A stretch of DNA of 13,581 nucleotides, taken from positions 1 to 13,581 of the forward strand of contig JARRQT010000021.1 of assembly GCA_037381445.1 (NCBI GenBank), in the 5' to 3' direction. Below are positions 7,450 through 13,581 of the stretch, piece after piece. The stretch's first letter is position 1. Each line of letters starts with the position of its first letter. Position numbers and translations under genes: made by a program. The notes beneath the pieces were generated by a model, which searched no databases, was not told the origin of the DNA, and worked only from the letters and a program-made list of their open reading frames with translations. The DNA is from Calditrichia bacterium. Its GTDB lineage: Bacteria > Calditrichota > Calditrichia > RBG-13-44-9.

Positions 7450-9327
7450 TTTCTCTTTGCCTCCAGTCGCGGAACTGCCCAAGTCGGGCTCCTTCCAAAT
7501 GCTCTCGAGAACGGGCGTGCTTTTGAGACCCAGTTCCTCGAGCTGACCGGCCTCCACCATAGAGGGCGCCCCGGTCAGCGGACAGACCGCGCTTCGGTTC
7601 TTGGGAAATGCAATCACATCGCGAATGGACGGTAAATTCAGGATCATGGCCACGACCCGGTCCAGGCCCAGGGCGAGTCCCCCGTGTGGCGGCGCACCAT
7701 ACTGAAGCGCCCTGAGGAAAAAACCGAATTTTTCTTCGATTTCCTTTTTACCCATCCCCAGCACTTGAAAGATTTTCCGCTGAAGCTCGGGCTGATGAAT
7801 TCGAATACTGCCGCCTCCCAGTTCTTCGCCGTTCATCACCAGATCATAGGCTCTCGACTGAAGCCCAAGCAGTTGCTTCCTGTTACGCGGATCGAAGTAG
7901 GCGGATTTTGGCATGGTAAAGGGATGATGCATGGGACTGAGACCATTATCGGTCCATTCAAAAAGCGGAAAATCCGTAATCCACACCGGCGAAAACAGAT
8001 TTTGAGGAATCAGGTCCAATCGAATGGCCAGATGACCGCGCAGTTTGTTGAGCACCTTATTTATCTTGTCCGGCGAGCGGTCCGCAACCATGATGATCAC
8101 ATCCCCTTCCTCTGCTCCGAACCGCAGGCGGAGGTCATCCAATTCCTGCCCGCTGAAGAACTGAACAATATTGGATTCCAGCTTCCCGTTGACGACCTTC
8201 ATCCAGCTCATGCCGCCGGCGCCGAAAGAAGGCGCAATCTTCAGCGCGTATTCATTCTGGAGCAGGTTTTTGCTCAACATCCGGGCCCGGCCTTTTATAC
8301 AGAATCCTTTCACCTGCCCATTCTGGCGGATAATGCGCTGAAAGATTGAATATTTGGTGTTTTGAAAGATATCCTGAAGGGATTCGAATGCCATTGCAAA
8401 GCGCAAATCGGGACGATCGGAGCCGTAGCGGTCCAGGGCTTCCCGGTAGGTCATGCGCGGGAACGGTGCGGAGAGATCGATACCGCCAACGGCAAAAATT
8501 TTAACCATGAGGCCTTCCAGCAGTCCGAAGATAAATTCCTCATCGATAAAAGAAGCCTCCAGATCCAGTTGGGTAAATTCCGGCTGCCGGTTAGGCCGCA
8601 AATCTTCATCCCGGAAGCACTTGACAATCTGATAATAGCGGTCCATGCCGCCGACCATAAACAGTTGCTTAAAAAGCTGGGGTGACTGCGGGAGGGCGTA
8701 AAATTTTCCGGACTGGATTCGGCTGGGGATCAGGTAATCGCGGGCGCCTTCCGGCGTGCTTTTTGTCAGCACCGGTGTTTCCAGTTCCACAAACCCGGAT
8801 GCGTCCATATGATCCCGGATCGCCTTAACGATGCGGTGCCGCATTAAAAAATGATGCTGCACGGTAGGACGGCGCATATCCAGATAGCGAAACTGCAGGC
8901 GCAGCTCCTCATCCACATTCTCGGGATTGGATTTTAGTTTCTCTCCGTATACCATGGCTTTTTCCGAAATCTGAAAAGGAAGCTTATCGGATTTTGACAC
9001 GATTGCCAGATCGGAGGCAAACACTTCCAGACCGCCTGTTTCCAGGGCCGGATTTTCCGTCCCGCTGGCGCGTGCAGCCACCCTTCCCGTTACGCTGACC
9101 ACATATTCTTCCTTCAGAGTGGCAGCCAGATCATAACACGCCCCGGGGCATTTCGAATCAAATATGACCTGCACGATGCCGCTGATATCGCGCAGGTGGA
9201 TAAAAATGATCTGGCTGTGGTCGCGAATGGCATCCACCCAGCCCATCAGCAGCACTTCCTTCCCGATGTCAGTTTCGGTCAGGCGTCCGCAATGGCTGCG
9301 CCGGTTTTGCATCGATTGTTTTGACAT
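7153..9327 (-). CDS. aspS: Aspartate--tRNA(Asp/Asn) ligase fused to C-terminal GatC
   Basis: 724 aa. Residues 1-~601 are bacterial AspRS: OB-fold N-terminus, LRLQFRYLDMRR, TPEGARDY, LPQSPQLFKQ, FRDEDLRPNRQPEFTQLDLE, GAD insert, HHPFT, ELGGGSIRIH, GAPPHGGLALGLDR, IRDVIAFPKN. Residues 627-724 are GatC-like. No stop codon lies between the two parts. Confidence 0.95.
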   Translation of the reverse strand: MSKQSMQNRRSHCGRLTETDIGKEVLLMGWVDAIRDHSQIIFIHLRDISGIVQVIFDSKCPGACYDLAATLKEEYVVSVTGRVAARASGTENPALETGGLEVFASDLAIVSKSDKLPFQISEKAMVYGEKLKSNPENVDEELRLQFRYLDMRRPTVQHHFLMRHRIVKAIRDHMDASGFVELETPVLTKSTPEGARDYLIPSRIQSGKFYALPQSPQLFKQLFMVGGMDRYYQIVKCFRDEDLRPNRQPEFTQLDLEASFIDEEFIFGLLEGLMVKIFAVGGIDLSAPFPRMTYREALDRYGSDRPDLRFAMAFESLQDIFQNTKYSIFQRIIRQNGQVKGFCIKGRARMLSKNLLQNEYALKIAPSFGAGGMSWMKVVNGKLESNIVQFFSGQELDDLRLRFGAEEGDVIIMVADRSPDKINKVLNKLRGHLAIRLDLIPQNLFSPVWITDFPLFEWTDNGLSPMHHPFTMPKSAYFDPRNRKQLLGLQSRAYDLVMNGEELGGGSIRIHQPELQRKIFQVLGMGKKEIEEKFGFFLRALQYGAPPHGGLALGLDRVVAMILNLPSIRDVIAFPKNRSAVCPLTGAPSMVEAGQLEELGLKSTPVLESIWKEPDLGSSATGGKEKMIEKISSQQVEHVAKLSRLQLNKKERDAYKKDLNRILQYVEMLNELNTDEIPPMHHVLEKNNVWREDEPSDPGISQDILKNAPETDGKYIKVPKILQG

Positions 9328-9584
9328 GAGTAGAAAATATTATAGTTCATGGTTAAAAATAAACACTAAATATACTTTTGTTTTATCCGCTTTTTATCTT
9401 AAAAGATATAACATATGGATTAAGCCACCGAGAAATTCCCGCCCCCGGTTCTCCATTCTTATTCAATTCTGCAAAAATCTATTTAGAATTCAGTTTTCTA
9501 CTTCTGGAAGGAGACCGGAATCAAATGATTATTAAGATGAGGCATATTTTCCATTTCAGTTCAGGGCCAATTTTCATTTTTTTC

Positions 9585-9613
9585 ATATTAAAACAGCTTA
9601 AAACAGCGGTCAA
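9585..9613 (-). promoter_or_regulatory. Putative sigma70 promoter of the aspS-gatC/gatA/gatB operon
   Basis: Minus strand reads TTGACC (9613-9608), 17-nt spacer, TAATAT (9590-9585). It would give a leader of about 250 nt. Confidence 0.5.
9588..9607. repeat. Perfect 10-bp tandem direct repeat (TTAAAACAGC x2)
   Basis: ttaaaacagc at 9588-9597 and 9598-9607, covering the spacer of the predicted promoter. Confidence 0.85.
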
Positions 9614-9785
9614 GATATACGCTAAAGCCGTTTTCAAATCTAACAACAATTTGCTGCCATGCAAAGGATAAATTGGCTGTTAATAAATTTGACAGGGCAG
9701 CCTGAACGCCATAATTCCGGTGCATCTAATGGGGCAAAAATTCAGTTTGATAGAAAATAATTTTTTCCTCAAATATGCAAATAGA

Positions 9786-9820
9786 AAACATATAAAGAAC
9801 CCCGGTTCCAGGACCGGGGC
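9786..9820 (-). terminator. Putative rho-independent terminator after ftcd
   Basis: Minus strand reads GCCCCGGT-CCTGGA-ACCGGGGT (core stem 9800-9806/9813-9819), followed by TCTTTATATGTTTT, about 30 nt after the FTCD stop. A second inverted repeat (tgctctta 9826-9833 / taagagca 9843-9850) lies between this stem and the stop. Confidence 0.7.
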
Positions 9821-9851
9821 AAAAATGCTCTTAAAAATTTTATAAGAGCAA

Positions 9852-11693
9852 TCAAGCTTGCAACCCCTCAATTGTCAGCATGACCGTCTTTTTTACCTGA
9901 TCGAGTATTTGTGACGCCTCCTGCTCCAGGCTTGCGCAGCGGGATTTCATTTCATCCTTGAAGACCTGATCTTTGATTTGCGGCAGGTTGATGAGCACAT
10001 TGTATATGCCGCCCGCCACCCCGGTGAATGCGATCTGTGCGCCCACTCCGGCATCGGTCACTGAATTTTTATTTCCGATTTCTGCAACGCGGGCAGCGAT
10101 TTTCAACGCTTCAAAGCTCAGCGTCGCGGTGTTCAAGGGCACCCGAACCGCCTGTTTCAGTCCATCCTGTACGGCCTGCCTGCGCAGCTCTTTCTCCTCT
10201 GCCGTATTTTGCGGCAGCCGCCTGGCTTCCATATAGGCGTTAAAGGCATTGGTATCCTCATCCACCGCCCGCAGCAGATCGTCTTTAATTCCCTGGGCCT
10301 CTTCCGCCAGATTGATCAGCTCGGACCAGGCGTTTTCATATCCTTTTTTTCCCACCGTCAGGTTGCTCACCATGCTTGCCAGGGCCGCCCCCAGCGATCC
10401 CGCCAAAGCAGCGATTGATCCGCCTCCCGGCGCCGGGGTCTCGCGGCTCACCTCATGGACCAGCGCGGCCGTTTTCATGGAAACCAGAATGCCGTCATCA
10501 TCAGTGGAAAGTCCCAATATTTTTTCTTTGGGATGAAACGCGGCCACATCATTCAATCCCATGGAGTAGATGGCGGTATCGATGATATCTTTCACCGGCA
10601 CCCCGGTCGAGCGCCCCTGTTTCCGGAGATAATACTTCCCCGCCTGGTTCATCGCCTGAAATGGAACCAATCCCACAATTTCACTGCCCGTCACCACCAG
10701 TCCCCTTTCACGGGCAAGCTCGCGGGCTTTTTCCAGCACCAGATGGGGAGGCGTTATTTTATAATTGGTCAGATTGATTGAAATCTGTGCCCGGCCGTAT
10801 TCTTCCACAAACCAGCCGATGGCCTTGCAATGTTTGAAAATGCCGGGGATTTTCACCGATTTACCGTTCAGCTCTTTCGGATCGTAGTCATGCATTTCCA
10901 GCAGCTCTATCAGGTTGTAATCATGAACATCCTGACAATGCTTTGCGGTCTCTTCAACGGTTTTTCCGACAAAATCGCAGTTACCGCAGGGGAAATGGTT
11001 CTCACCATATTTCATCAGATCGCCGCGCATGTAGATGGAATCATCCGTTTCCTGACGCGCGCTGCGGCCCTTCTCCCGCAGCTCGAAAGCGATATCCGTG
11101 GCATACTGTTTTTCACGGGTATTCAGGGTGACATTATAGGCGATCAGGAATTCTCGGGCCCCTATCACGGTTGCGCCGGCCCCGGCATTGAATTTTGCCG
11201 GACCAAAATCCGGTTTCCAGTTCGGGTTTTCCAGCTTTTTGGACAGTCCTTCATATTCTCCCCGGCGTATATTCGCCAGATTCCTGCGCTCCGGCACCTG
11301 TGCGCTTTCCTCGTAAAGATAAACCGGAATGCCAAGCTCTTTCCCGACCCTTTCCCCCAGTTCTTTGGACAACTGCACGCAGTCTTCCATGGTAACGCCT
11401 TCCACCGGGACGAATGGGCAGACGTCGGTTGCGCCCATTCTGGGATGAGCACCTTTATGTTTTCGCATATCGATCACTTCCGAAGCTTTCTTTATCGCCT
11501 GGAACGCTGCTTCTTTGGCGGCCTCCGGCGTTCCGATAAAGGTGACTACTGTCCGGTTCACATCAGCTCCCATTTCCACGCTCAACAACTGTGCGTCGCT
11601 CACGCTTTTTATCGCTCCCGTTATCTGATCCAGGATCCCATTATCCCTGCCTTCGGAGAAATTTGGCACGCATTCCACAATTTTAACCGCCAT
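9852..11693 (-). CDS. ftcD: Bifunctional glutamate formimidoyltransferase / formimidoyltetrahydrofolate cyclodeaminase
   Basis: Transferase part: IVECVPNFSEGRD, NRTVVTF, IDMRKHKGAHPRMGATDVCPFVP, LANIRRGEYEGL, GAREFLIAYNV, AQISINLTN, VTGSEIVGLVP. Cyclodeaminase part: TPAPGGGSIAALAGSLGAAL, VDEDTNAFN, GNKNSVTDAGVGA, NVLINL. I moved the start to ATG 11693 (613 aa) because AAGGAG (11700-11705) lies 6 nt upstream and the family begins at this motif. Confidence 0.95.
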   Translation of the reverse strand: MAVKIVECVPNFSEGRDNGILDQITGAIKSVSDAQLLSVEMGADVNRTVVTFIGTPEAAKEAAFQAIKKASEVIDMRKHKGAHPRMGATDVCPFVPVEGVTMEDCVQLSKELGERVGKELGIPVYLYEESAQVPERRNLANIRRGEYEGLSKKLENPNWKPDFGPAKFNAGAGATVIGAREFLIAYNVTLNTREKQYATDIAFELREKGRSARQETDDSIYMRGDLMKYGENHFPCGNCDFVGKTVEETAKHCQDVHDYNLIELLEMHDYDPKELNGKSVKIPGIFKHCKAIGWFVEEYGRAQISINLTNYKITPPHLVLEKARELARERGLVVTGSEIVGLVPFQAMNQAGKYYLRKQGRSTGVPVKDIIDTAIYSMGLNDVAAFHPKEKILGLSTDDDGILVSMKTAALVHEVSRETPAPGGGSIAALAGSLGAALASMVSNLTVGKKGYENAWSELINLAEEAQGIKDDLLRAVDEDTNAFNAYMEARRLPQNTAEEKELRRQAVQDGLKQAVRVPLNTATLSFEALKIAARVAEIGNKNSVTDAGVGAQIAFTGVAGGIYNVLINLPQIKDQVFKDEMKSRCASLEQEASQILDQVKKTVMLTIEGLQA

Positions 11694-11902
11694 AAGAAAC
11701 TCCTTAATGTTTATTATCAAATCATCAATTCTGAAAAGAAATCATGCACAAAAATATAATTTATAAAACACAATAAAGGCGAAAAAGGACTAATTAATTT
11801 AATGGAAGGAAAAAAGTTAAACTGCCGGATATTTCTCAAATTTGTCTGGAGGAATTCAGAAATGAATTACCCGGGAGAGCCGCCCCAAAGGCATCTTTCA
11901 CG

Positions 11903-11955
11903 GGTCAAGACCTGGACGGTCATTTGACCTTATTACCCGTACTCATTGGTAATAA
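11903..11955. repeat. Two adjacent inverted repeats downstream of the 73-aa gene
   Basis: ggtcaa-gacc (11903-11912) pairs with ggtc-at-ttgacc (11918-11929). ttattacc (11930-11937) pairs with ggtaataa (11948-11955). Function unknown. Confidence 0.5.
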
Positions 11956-11973
11956 ATTTCTCCTCTAAGACCC

Positions 11974-12195
11974 TTATACATCGATGGATTTAATGAACTT
12001 GTCCAGGTCACGGGCAACCTTTTCCAGTTCCTCCGAAAAATCCCCGCCTCCGTGTTTCAGGGTGAACATCAAACGCTTTTTCTTTTCATCAATATTACTC
12101 CCCCAATTGATTAAGTAAGGTATCACACCCGCCTCCTGAACCAAACGCAGGGCCTCATCCGGTGAAATATGTTTAAGCGTGTACACCCTGATCAT
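11974..12195 (-). CDS. Small hypothetical protein, secretin-N/NolW-repeat-like
   Basis: 73 aa with a strong RBS, AAGGAG (12203-12208), 7 nt upstream of the ATG. It is on the same strand as its neighbours. The pattern RVYTLKHISPDEA..L...ID...L...FIKSIDV recalls the secretin N-domain repeat. Confidence 0.75.
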   Translation of the reverse strand: MIRVYTLKHISPDEALRLVQEAGVIPYLINWGSNIDEKKKRLMFTLKHGGGDFSEELEKVARDLDKFIKSIDV

Positions 12196-12496
12196 AGAGA
12201 TTCTCCTTTTTATCTCTGCCTCGAAGTTTTAAGCAGCTTTATTCTCGGGGCGAATCAATATATCACCCTGATTGTCTTTAGTTCGATCCTTATACTGGTG
12301 AGTAATAACCGGCAATCCATTCCACCTTCGCTTGTCATTACTGTAATCCTTATGTAAAAGATAAATGATTTTGAATGAAAAAAGAATAAAAATCACAGAA
12401 ATTTTATTTTCTGCCTTTTAAAAGTCTAAAAAGGTACTACTAATGTTCAAATTTTTCCCAATGCTGTCCTCTTCTTGGTGGGAAAAAATGCTGCAT

Positions 12497-13477
12497 TTAT
12501 TGGCTGACAATTTTGTCCAGTTGCTTCTTATCCACTTTTATTAAGCCCACGGGAACCAGCCGTTTGGTCAGTATTCGCCAGTTGCCATCCTTTTCAAATA
12601 TCTCTTTGAACATGGGGAGCGCCTGATCAAGCTTGCCAATGTTGACCAGAGAAACAGCATGCCAATACTTCATTTCCAGATTATCCGGCTCCATCGATTC
12701 GGCGGTGCTGTATTCCTTCCGCGCCAGATTCTCATCGCCTTTCTCAATGGCCAGATCACCGGCGTTCATATGCTCATAGGCGCGATGCACCTGGAGCAGC
12801 CGTTTTAATTCCTCTACTGGTCGGGGATTGTCTTCAACCCGAAGATCCATGAGCCGGTCTTCCCAGATTTTGCCGGTAGATTTGCCGCGCACCACAAGCA
12901 GCGCCGCCGACTGCCGTCCCCGGATATCCCCTCCCTGGGCCTGAGCGGCCTCCAATGCAGCAACAAGCCGTTCTGCAAGCGGCGCCCTGGTTTGTTTGAA
13001 GGCCTTTTCCATAGCCGGCCAGACGGTATTCTTTAACATCATATTTGCCTGAACCGAATAATAAGGAGCATGGACGTCACCGGCTTCAGCGATGCACTTC
13101 TTCCCGGTATACGAAACGCTATTTCCCCGGGCATCGATCAGCGCAACCTGCCGGAAGTCCCGCCCTTCGTCCTCAGCAAGCAGTGTGTCGAGCGCTTCCC
13201 GGGGCGTTTTGCCTTCTTTCATCAATTGAAGTCCGCGCGGACCGAAAGAAACATTTACAAAGCTCTGAGTGGCGACCGCCCCGACGCCGGCCTCTGCCCA
13301 GATAAAGGAGGTCCCCACTGAGAACCAGTGCGACTGAACCGCAGCCCCGATTTCACCCGTAACAGAATCAACTGCCACAATTGAATATGTATGGGCCAGC
13401 GGGTCTGCATATACTGTCTGGGAAAATCCTGCATAGTTGAGAGTCAAAAGAAGAATCAATCCCAAAATGCTGCGCAT
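12497..13477 (-). CDS. DUF1028 (Ntn-hydrolase-like) protein with signal peptide and C-terminal TPR-like region
   Basis: Hydrophobic N-terminus, then HTYSIVAVD..TGEIGAAVQS....VG....AEAGVGAVATQS, RQVALID..G, AL.AAQAQGGDIRGRQSAALLV, DLRVEDNPRPVEELKRL. The helical tail has TPR-like motifs (A...Y..A....PDN.E..YW.A..L...GK.DQA...F). RBS AGGAGG at 13484-13489. Confidence 0.88.
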   Translation of the reverse strand: MRSILGLILLLTLNYAGFSQTVYADPLAHTYSIVAVDSVTGEIGAAVQSHWFSVGTSFIWAEAGVGAVATQSFVNVSFGPRGLQLMKEGKTPREALDTLLAEDEGRDFRQVALIDARGNSVSYTGKKCIAEAGDVHAPYYSVQANMMLKNTVWPAMEKAFKQTRAPLAERLVAALEAAQAQGGDIRGRQSAALLVVRGKSTGKIWEDRLMDLRVEDNPRPVEELKRLLQVHRAYEHMNAGDLAIEKGDENLARKEYSTAESMEPDNLEMKYWHAVSLVNIGKLDQALPMFKEIFEKDGNWRILTKRLVPVGLIKVDKKQLDKIVSQ

Positions 13478-13581
13478 AACAGTCCTCCTCTGATATGTAT
13501 TTCAGAAATAAATTTAGTTCGAATCCGGAAAATAGACAACCCGGCAGTATGAAAATACTGGAATTATATGGATAAAATTTT

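Noticed and set aside
7684..8685. Plus-strand ORFs of 221 and 107 aa
   Set aside because: Antisense to aspS, with no independent support.
9328..9580. T-box riboswitch upstream of aspS (also checked upstream of valS)
   Set aside because: The only GGTGG continues CTTAA rather than NACC, and no antiterminator/terminator pair is visible. The predicted valS leader is too short.
9164..9871. ORFs 9164-9535(+), 9378-9671(+) and 9680-9871(-)
   Set aside because: F/I/K-rich translations typical of AT-rich intergenic DNA, with no convincing RBS; they overlap predicted promoter or terminator signals.
11694..11720. Nine-residue N-terminal extension of FTCD in the ORF track
   Set aside because: The RBS and family start support ATG 11693.
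10830..11759. 309-aa plus-strand ORF
   Set aside because: Antisense shadow of ftcD.
11870..11905. Glycine-riboswitch-like words (GGAGAG...AAGG...CTTTCA) on the plus strand
   Set aside because: Too short, helices missing, and no plus-strand gene downstream.
12255..12338. 27-aa minus-strand ORF (MTSEGGMDCRLLLTSIRIELKTIRVIY) with AAGGA 8 nt upstream
   Set aside because: Too short to distinguish from chance, with no other support.
12452..12487. Inverted repeat tttttccca/tgggaaaaa after the DUF1028 gene
   Set aside because: AT-rich stem, 18-nt loop and a poor U-tract; insufficient for a terminator call.

Overview
Bacterial chromosomal window in which every supportable gene is on the minus strand. 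In transcription order: a secreted DUF1028/Ntn-hydrolase-like protein with a C-terminal TPR-like region; a 73-aa protein resembling an isolated secretin-N (NolW-like) repeat; a bifunctional glutamate formimidoyltransferase/cyclodeaminase (FTCD); an aspS-gatC fusion followed by gatA and gatB; valS; and a secreted DUF4139-family gene that runs off the left edge and is missing from the ORF track. The main observation is a non-discriminating-type aspartyl-tRNA synthetase fused in frame, through a ~25-aa linker, to a complete GatC and followed by gatA and a divergent gatB. This looks like a genetically tethered Asn-transamidosome, and it may retain an internal start for free GatC. Second, the FTCD carries an insertion with exact C2H2 zinc-finger spacing. 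I saw no tRNA, rRNA, CRISPR array or mobile element. Family calls come from motif recognition by eye; no database searches were run.
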